Assembly: GCA_000091205.1 (NCBI GenBank)
Contig: AP006502.2
Length of the DNA stretch: 64,000 nt
Strand: one strand, 5' to 3'
Source of the DNA: Cyanidioschyzon merolae
Taxonomy: Eukaryota
Shown: one piece after another, positions 34,478 through 45,357 of the stretch
Position numbering within the stretch: position 1 is the first letter of the stretch
Layout: each line of letters opens with the position of its first letter
The notes under the pieces: generated by a model
The model's input: only the letters and a program-made list of their open reading frames with translations
The model's database searches: none
What the model was told of the DNA's origin: nothing
Made by a program: the position numbers and the translations under genes

Positions 34478-34762
34478 ACAAGAGAGCACTTTATTGAACA
34501 ATCTGTCCAAGTCGAACTATATGAGAGAAAGTTGGAAGCAGTAGGAGGTGGCCGATCCAAGAAGGCGCGGAGGCATCTGCACAACTGTCGGAGATGATTT
34601 GTCCAAGGCGCGGTTGCCGCCACGACTGTCCACGCCCGACATCGTTCGAGTTTGAACAGCGTTTTGGAGGCGCGTAATCGATTCATTCGGTTCGCGTTGG
34701 AGCTTTTCGCGGCGTTTTCGTTTCGTGACTGCCGGACACGGGTTTTTGTGAGAAACAGCGAC

Positions 34763-34990
34763 ATGGCGTCACCAAAGAAGACTGCGACGAAAGCTGCTTC
34801 AGCACCGAAAAAGGCTGCGGCGAAAACGAAGGGCGAACGGAAACCAAACGCTTACCAAGAGTTTATGAAGGCAGAGAGTGCCAAGATTCGGGAGTACAAC
34901 AAAGCAAAAGGAATCGAAATGAGGCCACCTGATATTTTCAAGGAGTGTGCGAAGAGATGGAACGAGAAAAAGTCCAAGACAAAGGCGTAA
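34763..34990 (+). CDS. small Lys/Ala-rich DNA-binding-like protein (possible HMG-box-like, 75 aa)
   Basis: ATG at 34763 within ORF 34652..34990: MASPKKTATKAASAPKKAAAKTKGERKPNAYQEFMKAESAKIREYNKAKGIEMRPPDIFKECAKRWNEKKSKTKA. It has a histone-H1-like basic N-terminus and weak resemblance to an HMG-box helix pattern. It lies 180 bp downstream of the copy-1 right end. Confidence 0.35.
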   Translation: MASPKKTATKAASAPKKAAAKTKGERKPNAYQEFMKAESAKIREYNKAKGIEMRPPDIFKECAKRWNEKKSKTKA

Positions 34991-35340
34991 AGGCTCTGGA
35001 CTTGCGCGGTGGTGACGGTACTGGTGCTGGCGGCAGCGGGTCGTGCAGCTTGTAGTTCATAGTCGGTGACCTGGACGTTGACGGAGCGGTGGTTATGGTG
35101 GCAGTGCTCGTGGTTGAGCTCGGCCCGTTACCCGCCAACGCGCTGAGGGGTCAAAAAGCAATCGGGGCTGTCGGCGTGTCACCGTTACAAAGCTCTGCTG
35201 TTGCAGGATGCGTTTTCCCTCGCCAGTTTGGACAAGAAGCTGCCCTCATTTCGGGGCGCTGGAACCAGTGCGAGGCAGCGCCGAGGCCAGGAGCATATGT
35301 CGGGGACGTTCACAGAGCTGGTTTCGATTGAGGTTGTGAC

Positions 35341-35385
35341 GGTTGTGGTGGTTATGGTGCTGGTGCTGGTGCTGGTCGTGGTGGA
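35341..35385. repeat. (GGT/GCT)n compound microsatellite
   Basis: ggttgtggtggttatggtgctggtgctggtgctggtcgtggtgg. Confidence 0.9.
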
Positions 35386-36686
35386 ACTGTCAGGTTCGTG
35401 GAGGAATTTACTGGAAAATAAAAAATGGCAACATAAGATCCCGTATGTGTCTTTCAAGTCTTTCGATTCGGCTCTAACAGTGCTGTGTCTCCTCGGTGCA
35501 GTTTTCGCTGATGACGTAGATCCCTGAAACGCGCTGCAGAGGCCGTGGCGTTGCAGGCCTGCGACCCACTAGGTAGCATCTGTGTGTCGTCCATCGTGAT
35601 GCTTCCCTCGCTGCCAGAGACCATACCTTCCAGAGTGGACGCGATGAAGAGAGCGACGTGTGAGCGTGCGCAACTCTTGGGCTGTCAGCATTTTTGGTGT
35701 GTGAAAGTGTCAACCAGGCTCCCGGGTGAGGAAAATCTCTAAAATTGGTATTTCTTCCAGCAGAGGACACCCCAATCTGAGCTCCCTCACTGAACAGGAG
35801 ATTGACAGTGGCACGTGTGATACGGCTTTGCGGCCCTGGGTATCGGAGCACAAAATAGCTGCAACTCCTCGGCGTGCTTTTCCAGTGTGGGATTGATGCA
35901 TCGAAACTGGGTCCATCGGATGCGCGACGGCAACTCGTAACCAGGAGGCGATCTCAGTACCTCTTTAGACGAGTCAACATTCCGATGATCCCAGACCGGA
36001 CTTGCCGTCGAGAGTAGGCGCTTGATCGTTCCCGTGGCTCGCCAGGTGCCAAGCATACCGCGAGCGCTTCGCAGCGCTTGGCGCTCGCGGACCCGGTCGT
36101 CAACCGGATATGCCATGCGCCGGGGCATTTTTCCGCCGCGTGTCTGTTAACCACGGATAAGAGAGCGATATTTCGCCAATCGGAATGCATTGATTCATGG
36201 GCAAAGTAGATCGTTGCGTTTCTATGGATGATAGTGGTCGAGATCGGTCAGAGCTCCGCACGGACCGCGATCGATCGCTCCGATCAGCAAAGCGTGTTTG
36301 GAAGCCGGATCGTTGCCTCGGATCAAGCAATGCCCGATTCGATGATGTTTATTTCCGTCTTTAGACCAGAAAAGTGATGCTTGGAGAACCGCGGGGCTCC
36401 TGCGAAACATCGCGCGCTCGTTGTATAGGTAACCGCATAGGCACAGTGCTCTCAACCAAAGCTACGTGAAAATCATTCCGAAGCTCATGATGCCGCGCCC
36501 GGGGTTGCCGAGCTGCTGCGAAGTATGCCCTCTGCGGCAGACAATGGACAGTACAGCGTGACGACTCACCTGTAGTACGCCCAGCCGTATGGCGTCGTCT
36601 AAACTGGACTCTAGGATAACCAAAATTGGCCGCGTATAAGGAGAGCCTTACATCCGTGTCGTCATGCTCAGCTAGATGAAAACATT

Positions 36687-37544
36687 CTAGCCGTCAGGCC
36701 TGCGATGCAGCTCTGGATCAGCATCCGATACCGCTTGAAGGGATGATGGCGTCAAAGATTCCAGTTTCCGCAGTCGTCTTTGATGACCATTCGAAATCCT
36801 CTCTAGGATAGAATCGATCTGGTCAACTTCTTGGTCGCTTTCAGAACAAGCGTCCGCATCGCAAGCACGCATGATATGTCGACGACGACTCGATGCTGCG
36901 GATGCCAGGTCCCGGGCAGAGGCTCTTGATGACTCGCTGCTACTGCTTACGCTGGTGCTGACGCTGCAGACCTCACGGGCATGCCGCAGTCTCTGGCGTG
37001 TCCCCGCTGCACTTGAAGCGGAGATAGGACACGTCATGTGTGCTTCGTCTCGCGTGCTCGGCGTTGAAGCACAACTTGCGACAGACCTCGTCTCGAGAGC
37101 GTCTTCTTCGGCGAGTGCGGGTACTTCATGCTGCAGCTCGACACTTGTCGGGTCTCCAAAGCGCCCGTCCGGACAAGCGGTACCCACGTCCACGGCTTCA
37201 ACGTATTGCAGTACCGTACGCACTGGCAGCGATTCGATCTCAGCGATAAACTCTGCAAGCGACAGGCCAGGTGCGAAGCTCCTTTGCCAGTCTCGGAGCA
37301 ACCACAACAGCTCAAATAAGAAATATTCCACCTGCTCGTCGTTTTCAACGTTCAGTGCGCTGTCTTGGTGCAGCTGGTGCGTTGTGGCGAACCGAGCGGC
37401 CCGATGAAACAGAGCCGGAAGTCCGTCAGGGCCAGCAAGCAGCTCTGTCAGTTTCGCACGCGAGACAGCCAATGCGTTGCTTGGTCTCCCTGCCACACTG
37501 TTTGTTTTACGTTCTGAAAGTGTCTTCGCGGCACTCTGCACCAT
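36687..37544 (-). CDS. hypothetical protein with acidic Ser-rich C-terminus (~285 aa)
   Basis: ORF 36687..37673; I took Met44 (rc of 37542..37544, MVQSAAKTL...) as the start. No named motif. Confidence 0.3.
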   Translation of the reverse strand: MVQSAAKTLSERKTNSVAGRPSNALAVSRAKLTELLAGPDGLPALFHRAARFATTHQLHQDSALNVENDEQVEYFLFELLWLLRDWQRSFAPGLSLAEFIAEIESLPVRTVLQYVEAVDVGTACPDGRFGDPTSVELQHEVPALAEEDALETRSVASCASTPSTRDEAHMTCPISASSAAGTRQRLRHAREVCSVSTSVSSSSESSRASARDLASAASSRRRHIMRACDADACSESDQEVDQIDSILERISNGHQRRLRKLESLTPSSLQAVSDADPELHRRPDG

Positions 37545-38213
37545 ATTGCAAGGTAGCAGCGCCGAGCAACGTTTGCGCTTGAGCGGCAGCTCCCAGAAGT
37601 GACACTCAGGTTTACAGAAACAGAGGGCGCTTTGCACGCACACGCACGGATAAATACGCACGCAGACACGCACGAAATAAACTCAGACACGCAAACAGAA
37701 ACTTGGCGCCACGAAACGAATGCATCAGCGCCACGATCGCTTCGGCGCAATCGGCGATGGGCGCGCTGGTGCACTCGCTGGCATCTGTGCAGCGCGATCC
37801 GTCGCTTACCGGGTTCGTTAAAGGTAACGCGCAGCTGGTGGATGTAGTTCAGTTCATGGGTCTGAATGCTGACGAAAATTGTGCATTTCCAGGTCACTGG
37901 ATTTGTGTCGTGAGACCGCTGCATGTAGAAGCGGGTTGTTCATTCACGGCATCAAAAGCTCGTTGTGTGGTGAGTCGTTTTGCGCATTCAGCCTCGAAGT
38001 GTACGCTCGAATCGGCAACGGTCTGAGAAACATTTTGAGCTATGGGTGGACTCCAAAATCAGGCCAAGCAAAGTGTTTCTCTTCAAACGGGCATGCTGAG
38101 GCGCCATCACGAGCCTTCATAGGAGAGCCTCAAGTCGGGTACCGCGAGTAGAAGCCATGGAGATTTAGCGCGTTATTTTGGCTCTAGTCAGTGACGTGGA
38201 TTGAATGAAACAG

Positions 38214-39474
38214 CGCTTTCGTTCAACAATTCCCATGAAAAACAGCTCCCAGTGGAAACATATAGATCGCGCTTTAGCTCTGGAGTACTGGTGAAACGCG
38301 CGGTACCATGGCTAGCTGCAGGCGCGAATCGAATCCTCTGTCGACCGGACGCTGGTTATTTTCATCAAAAGTCTGCAGCGTTTCAGGAAATGATCCATAT
38401 GGAGCACTCAACGACTCATCGGGATGTTCGTTCGTCCGTTCGTTCGCTCGAGCCAATACCGCTGAACGCTCCGGAAGCATGGGACATACCCGAATGGTCA
38501 TCGAGGCGATCGAGTCGCGGTCTACAAACTGCCTGCGCCCATTGTTGGCAGTAGAATCACACCAGAGTATGCTTCTCATTTTCGATTACCTCGCCATCGG
38601 TCGTGAAGTCAGCTTACCGTACACAATCCCGTGCATCTGACTCCGCCTCACGCTCTTCTTCTCTAACAGTTTTTGTTTGCGCCCGAGCTCGTGATGCGTT
38701 CACGTCGTCCTGAACATATCCATGGGTGTGGTTTCAGAATCGATTCATGGTTTATCATATGCTGTCGTTCAAGAAGCAGGCGTGCAGCCTTTTTGCGCCA
38801 CAGCACGTCCAGCGCCATTGGCTACCATCAAGCGACGTTACGCATCGGTCATTTGCGTTCCCAGCTCTTGGATCGAGCAGTCGAATGGACGCTTCCTGCC
38901 TCCGCACAACCGAAGCGGTAGACGATGCTTGTGCGATCCGAGGAACTGCCACAGGTCGTCTGCACAAGCCATTTGGACGATGACGTACGCTCCCTTCATG
39001 AAGCGTGCCGCGCGTGTCGCTTTGCTCGAAAAGGTGCTCAGGGCGTCGAAGTCGAACTCCAAGTCGCGACGCCGACCTTTCATTTGTTAGGGCGCTTCCT
39101 GCCGTCGATGAAGCCCTGCTCTCGATCATGTAGAGCGCTGGAAATGCTGAGCAGCAGCAGCAGCAGCAGCATCTGCTTCCTGTTCCTGCCTTTCGTGTCG
39201 TTCTCTAGAATAGGAGTTGCGGCGACGGTCATGGTGTCGTTCAACTCGATTTGGATGTCCACCACAAACTCCCTCTGGTCACGCATGTTGAGCGGGTGAA
39301 AAAGAGTCTTGTTTGTCGACTAAAGCCTTGGTATCACAGAACGCACGCACATGGGTACTCCGTCCGTCTCCGTTGTCCCCAGAGACTTTCTTCGGTACCC
39401 TTCAAGAACTCCAGAAATCGTGAACGAGCCCCGCCAGTGCTCTGCTCGGAGTTCCCCGAATGCTCTAAACTTGC
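38214..39474. repeat. right arm of the 1.26-kb inverted repeat pair (partner of 24821..26092)
   Basis: See the left-arm entry; (CAG)n at 39150-39170 mirrors the left-arm (GCT)n. Confidence 0.9.
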
Positions 39475-39543
39475 GCGGAGCAACTAGCGGGAGCTAAATG
39501 AGCAGGCCATACAGTACAGCACACAAGCGTCTACGTTAGTGTG

Positions 39544-39879
39544 ATGAGCCTTTATCTAAAATGTGCGAGCAGCATCGAACACATGCTCGGGGAGGCTAAG
39601 GTGCTCGGTTTCGTAAACGGAGTCAGCCTTTCTCTGGAGGGCGCTTCACTGGAATACGAAGTAGCGCAAGATGGAAGCAAGGCGGGCATCACGTTCCAAT
39701 CATCCCTCGGATACAGTGTCCATTTGGCCGAGCCCGAGTTGAACGAGCTGAGCTTGCAGCATCTGAAACGACTCTCGCTCTCGTTGCGACATCTCTTCCG
39801 AACTCGCGAAAATCTCGAGCTCGTCGGTCACCAGCAACGCATTTGTCTCCATCGGCAGCCCAGTGATGTTTTCCATTAG
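39544..39879 (+). CDS. hypothetical small protein (111 aa)
   Basis: ORF 39541..39879 (GTG, then ATG at 39544). No motif recognised. Confidence 0.2.
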   Translation: MSLYLKCASSIEHMLGEAKVLGFVNGVSLSLEGASLEYEVAQDGSKAGITFQSSLGYSVHLAEPELNELSLQHLKRLSLSLRHLFRTRENLELVGHQQRICLHRQPSDVFH

Positions 39880-41485
39880 GATCCACTTTATTGGGCTAGA
39901 ATGGTGAGGCTAAAACGCGCACATGGTGCTCTTTTTGGAGTGTTTGAGATTGGCCTTCATATGATGTTTGAGGTCGGATCGACTTTTTCCTGGTACCTGG
40001 AGAGCGTTTCTTCCAGTCTCTGATCCCACTATCAGGCTGCACTGCATCTTCTGTGCCGAGCATCAGAGGTGCTGTTGCACGACGGTTTGGTCGACGCGTT
40101 CCAGAAGAATGTGAGCAGCTGTCAGCCCTGCATCGGAAACGAGTTTGAACCTACGCTTGACGAGGTGCAGCCAGGCGACTGAGGCTAGACGAGACATGCT
40201 CGAATCAGTAGCCACGAACATCTCTGTGGCATTCTACATCTTTCAGCCTCACGGATGCGAACGAATCGTCTATTGATCCGTAAGCGTAAAAATGACGGTA
40301 GATTGTAAAGAAGACGCTTTGGAGCAGACTGAACCGGGAAGAAGAAGTTCACACGAGGAGCAACACAGCGTAAATCTCAGCTGGGTACGTCTTGATAATA
40401 CTCGAGCGATGGAAAGTGGCATTCTCCAGGAGCAGAGCAAAACAGTTTGGCACGGGAAAGCCAAGAATTGTGCTTCGACGAAGGATATACTTTGAACAAT
40501 CCTGCTTTTTTTGCGATTTGTGATCGACCGCACGATTGCGTTGCTACAGCGGCTGATGTTGTCGTCGTTCTCGCTTGTCTCTTATGTACGCATACCGATT
40601 TTTCTTCTTTGAATACCCATATATAGACCCACCATTTATCCCAAATAGGGGGTCTTGTCAAGTGAGATGAACGCCAGCCACTCCTGCGATAAATGTACTC
40701 TTTTTCGTACGAAATCGACAATGCGTTGTTGAACACACAGGATTCTGGAATGGATGCGCAGTTTTTTGTCCATGCCCGTCCATAGCTCTTCATACCTGTT
40801 CGTGTCGACGCTATAAAAAGCTCATTTGCTGCTGCCTCATCTTGAGTATTTCGTAAAGAAACCTATGGAATAAGATCGATTGACATGTACAGTCGAGTCC
40901 ATAGAATTTGAAATGTTCTATTTCTGGGTGCGCTGTGTTCAGGTAAAGCACGACCCCGAGCGTGACTCATCCACCTGCAGGCCGTAGAATGACGAACTCG
41001 TAGAAGCACAACTGTTTTCCTGCAGCTGTCAGCGACAGCATCCAGTCTTTCAACGATGTTTCCCCACTTTCCAGGAAATACTTCTTTTGTTGAATACGTG
41101 CAAGAAAATCGAGTAAAAACGAAACATGGCATGCTTTAACAGGTATTTCAGAATCTACCGCTCCGCGTACCATGCTCTTCATCGACGACACCCGAGACTT
41201 ACTCGCGAAACGAACCCACCACCGAAAGGCCTATGCAGAAACGCCACACATGGATCAAACCGCACGCTCCGGGGAACGTCGGGCAGTTGCATTGGCGGAA
41301 CGCACACGAGCGTCGATAGAAGGACTCGAGTGTCTTCTCGCTGGTTACTGGGAGCGTGCTGTCGTTCGTCGGACTCGGGCCGTTCCTATTAATTCTTCTT
41401 CAGGAACAGTCCATTCATAAGTGATCCGAGCAACTCAATCGCTGCGTCGACCTCTTGAGTGTCGTTGAAACTTGCGCACTGTGCG

Positions 41486-41881
41486 ATGGCGAACAAGCCT
41501 CAATGGGAGCTGCTCGCCGAGGCGTTTGTCAACCACTACTACTCCGTGTTCGATACGGATCGTACTCAACTAGCAGCGCTTTACCGCGAAGTTTCGATGT
41601 TGACGTTTGAAGGCAACGCGTGCATGGGCGCGAGCGCGATCACCGAGAAGCTGGTGTCGCTCCCGTTTCAAAAAGTGCGCCACCAGGTTGTCACGTGCGA
41701 TGCGCAACCAGTTTTGCCGGAAAGTTTAAACGGGGTGCTGGTGTTCGTCAACGGCGACCTGACAGTGGATGACAGTAACCAGCCGATCAAGTTCGCCCAG
41801 GTATTTCATTTGTTACCGGATCAGGGCAACCCTGGAATGTTCTGGGTATACAACGACTTGTTTCGATTAAACTATGGATAG
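41486..41881 (+). CDS. NTF2: nuclear transport factor 2
   Basis: ATG at 41486 (MANKPQWELLAEAFVNHYYSVFDTDRTQLAALYRE...). Near colinear match to the NTF2 family: 'FDTDRTQL', 'SLPFQKVRHQVVTCDAQP', 'FHLLPDQGNPGMFWVYNDLFRLNYG'. Confidence 0.9.
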   Translation: MANKPQWELLAEAFVNHYYSVFDTDRTQLAALYREVSMLTFEGNACMGASAITEKLVSLPFQKVRHQVVTCDAQPVLPESLNGVLVFVNGDLTVDDSNQPIKFAQVFHLLPDQGNPGMFWVYNDLFRLNYG

Positions 41882-42928
41882 GTTCTGAGTGAGATTTCCC
41901 CATGGCTTACCATGATGCGCATTCCTGCGTGGAACGAACGGCTCTCAGCTGTGCGCATACGCCCGGGAGGAGTTGCCAAGTCCGGGTATTGCGATACGCA
42001 CAAGGCACACCAGACGGTATCTGGAGAGCGCTGGCGCACCTGCTGAAACTTTCCACCCGGACTCACCTATACAGACGACGCTGGGTGTGAATGTATGCAT
42101 GCCATATAACCAGGGTGGATGGGAGCTGCCCTGTGCAACCTGCAACGCTTTCGGACGCCTCAGGCTCTGTGTGCCGCCACCTAGATGTCACGCCCTCGCG
42201 TTGCTCGTCCGAATCGAGAAGGGCTTGCGTCGAACAATGCAAACGCGTCTGGGGTGACTCGGGTCCCTGCACATGCGCATGTTTTCGCACAGCATCCAGT
42301 ATTCGTTGCACCGACGAGTCTCGTCAATGGGACCTGCGGGGTGCCACGCACGCATCTATACGAAGGTCAACGCCTATTTGGAGATACAGGCCGTAGACTG
42401 CTCTTTGACGCCTCTTTAACCGAACTTCTTAGTGTGCGTTCCTTGGCCAGGCGTTGCCGGCAGCAAAGCACAGCTGGTGTTGGTGTTATTTTCGGAAGGA
42501 ACACTCTAGGACGACCTTTCTTATTGCTATGCATGCCCATGCGCCCTTGGGCAAAACAATTCAATACATCGTTCCGTTCAACTGCAACGGCGCGAGCGTG
42601 GGGCATCATCAGCGTTCGTGTATACCACGGCACTGGGCTTGGGCCTGCTCAGATACATAGCTATACGGTGAGACTCGAGCGAAACGGAAAGCGTCAGCGG
42701 CGTGGCGTCCCCGGTGTCTATTTCGGAACCGCGTCACAAGCAGTCATCATCTGTTTCTATGAGCAAATTCATGCACGAGGAAACGCACGGGAGACCACAT
42801 GCATGAGCGAGCGCATTGGCAAGCACACTCATGAGCGAGTTCCACGGCAAGTAAACTAGGTTGTCACCATCCGACTGCTACATATTTCGAACATGTATCC
42901 AAGGAAGCCGAGATGGAACGTGCAGCTG

Positions 42929-43399
42929 TTATACTCTTCGGAGTAACAAATAGACACGATTATCCAAGCGCAAGTCCGCGAGGTCAATGACATTTCGACT
43001 ACCCTGAAGACGCATCAGCAGACCGCCAAAGCTTATACAAACCGCAGATTGATGCGCACCTTCCGATTCCTGGTGGAAAACCTTGCCGCACATCACGTAA
43101 TCATATCGGTTGATAACTGTCGGTGCACCAGACTGATCATAGGTGCCGTCGCAGGGTGCACCGTCCAGCCTTACACTTGACATGAGAACCAGCAGAAAAC
43201 GGTCGCCCGCTCGAACCGGAAACAACTGGCTATGCACATCGAGCGTAAGTCGCATACGCTGCTGCAGTGACTCTGCTACCAGACGACTGACCCGGTCGAA
43301 CTTTTTCTCACGCACTTTCCCCAAAGCCGGATTCCGCGGATCCTTGTACACCATATCCACCTCTTGGCAGATAAAGGTGTCTTCGAGTATGGTCGTCAT
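42929..43399 (-). CDS. RPB8: DNA-directed RNA polymerases I/II/III common subunit RPABC3 (Rpb8)
   Basis: 156-aa ORF with ATG = rc of 43397..43399: 'MTTILEDTFICQEVD', 'LTLDVHSQLFPV', 'YDYVMCGKVF', 'ISFGGLLMRLQG', 'VYLLLRRV'. Colinear with the Rpb8 OB-fold subunit. Confidence 0.85.
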   Translation of the reverse strand: MTTILEDTFICQEVDMVYKDPRNPALGKVREKKFDRVSRLVAESLQQRMRLTLDVHSQLFPVRAGDRFLLVLMSSVRLDGAPCDGTYDQSGAPTVINRYDYVMCGKVFHQESEGAHQSAVCISFGGLLMRLQGSRNVIDLADLRLDNRVYLLLRRV

Positions 43400-45357
43400 T
43401 TTGGCGTAGTGTCCTGTGCAGAGCTCTTCTATAACAGCGCCGCTTCTCGAACACAGTCCCAGTTGCAGAATAGGCAGCTAAATATGAGCACAAGGTACCT
43501 CGGAGAACTCCGGGTTTGAAGGGAGCGCTTGAAACACCTGGCCCGTCCTCGATTCCTGTCAAGCTTTCAAAAGCCCCAGATAGAGGTTCAAGTCCGATCC
43601 TGATTGGCGCTCGTTGCAAGCAGTGTTAAGCACCACCTGATCGTCGTCCGTTGTGGTGGTAACGCTACGTGCGACTCGGCGAGTTTCTATTCCCGGTGCG
43701 CGGCTTCTTCACAGGTCTCTGGACCTAAACGTAGTCTCCTGGGTCACAAGGAAAGATCTCAGAACAGATGGCGTTCTAAGTTGGTGACGATATGTGGTTT
43801 AGTTCCAAGGTGACCCAGATCCTCCTTCCGCAAAAGACAATCCCAATGAAGCCTCAGCAGCGAGCCAACCAGACGTTGTCCTTGCAACAGCCAGTCGTCG
43901 CTAGGCAGCGGTCATGCGCTGCAGCGCCGAGTCGTGGAACGCTCGACGTTCTATTGACTCGACGGATGACGAACGCTGTCTTGTCGTTGTGTTCTCTGGT
44001 GACTGATCGTTGACGCTAACCAGAGGTTTTCTGGTTGCAGGACTGTTACGGGCTTCCATAAAAGCAAATATCCAACTATTCCAGACGCTCTTCCTTCATG
44101 TCGCCTAGCGTTCTCGTACTCACTGGACGTCGACGAAAGGCATCGATCTTGCGCCTCAGAGAATAGGATGTGTACTGCAGGGCCGAAGGGAACCCACCGC
44201 ATCGTCTGGAGACAAGATCAAGGCTCGAACTTGGAAACGCAATACGTTTGAGTACGTGCCGGAGCCTGTGTAGACACGGTGATCTTGAGCTCTCGGAAGA
44301 AAATTAGAGTTCTTGCGGACGTGGAACGCGCTTCTTCGCGGCGCCTGCTCTCTTCCTCACATCGAACGCAAGTCGAGCCAATGTTTTTGGTGCAGTAACC
44401 GATCCTGACGAGTTGAAAGTCGACGAGCGCCTCAAAACAGAGTTGTGTACAAGCACACTGGGCATTCTCTACAACGTCACTATCGGAGTACGGACAACAA
44501 ACCCATGATGAAAAAGCGCTCGCTCATAAGCGCCTAGGCGAAAGTCACTGGAATTTCACCATCCGCTCTCTCACCGAATGAGTGGAAGCACCTCTGGAGC
44601 CTGGGTCTTTTCACCGCACGCCGCCATGTCCGCACAGAGCCATGCAATGCTGCACGAGTCCTGCGATCCATCCTAGGTTCATGATCCCGATACGTAAAGG
44701 AACCTAATGCTTGTGGCGCTGCGGTTCTAGAGGTCAGCTCGATTAGCCGCCAGCCCCATACGCGGTTCAGATGACCGCAAAGCCCCCAGGACTGAGCAGT
44801 ACCGCTCACGTCCACGAGCACCCGTGCTGCCCGTCAGTGGACCCGTCGACCATAGACAGGCCATTCGCTGAGCATGCCGCGCACTGTTCACGCAAGAGAC
44901 GTGTACCCCAGGGGGATTGCAAAAGTTTACATGCTCGTCAGTTGCTCCAAATAGGGTATCTGCGGAAGCGCATCGAGCGCCCATTGCACATTGAGCATCA
45001 GTCGCAACGCCAGTCCTTGAAAGCGAGCTCCACCGTCGAGCGTCTCGTGCTCTGTAAATCACCACTGCCTCCGACAGAGCGCATCACGCGAATATCGACC
45101 GAGCAGCTCCGAGTCCCGGACCAAAGACCCGTTTCCATGTGAGGCCCTGCGTGAATCATGATATCAGGCGCTACTGTGGTCGCCGTCCCTGCTTCGTGCC
45201 AGCAGTTGGTGCAGGTGGCACCACGCCCATCCAGTCAACGCCACAGGTCCCGGAGAATCTGGAATATCCAACGGCACTAGCATCCACCTGGCGCCGTGCG
45301 AAGACACATTGTTTTCACTGTTTCTGGGTCGCAATATTCGCATCCCTCTGGACTGGT

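Larger units (their letters stand above)
31650..34582 (+). mobile_element. Fanzor/TnpB-like element, copy 1 (~2.9 kb)
   Basis: The 3' boundary is defined by the loss of homology with copy 2 immediately after '...GGTGGCCGATCCAAGAAGGCGCGGAGGCATCTGCAC' (34582). The 5' side is homologous to copy 3 back to at least 31748 and more weakly to copy 2. A 12-bp-stem palindrome sits at 31656-31684 near the inferred left end. Confidence 0.6.

Noticed and set aside
24821-39474. Interpreting the 1.26-kb arms as LTRs of a retrotransposon, or the 14.65-kb unit as a Polinton/Maverick-type element
   Set aside because: The arms are inverted rather than direct and lack TG..CA termini. There is no RT, integrase, protein-primed polymerase, packaging ATPase or capsid-like ORF inside. 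No target-site duplication is visible at the outer junctions.
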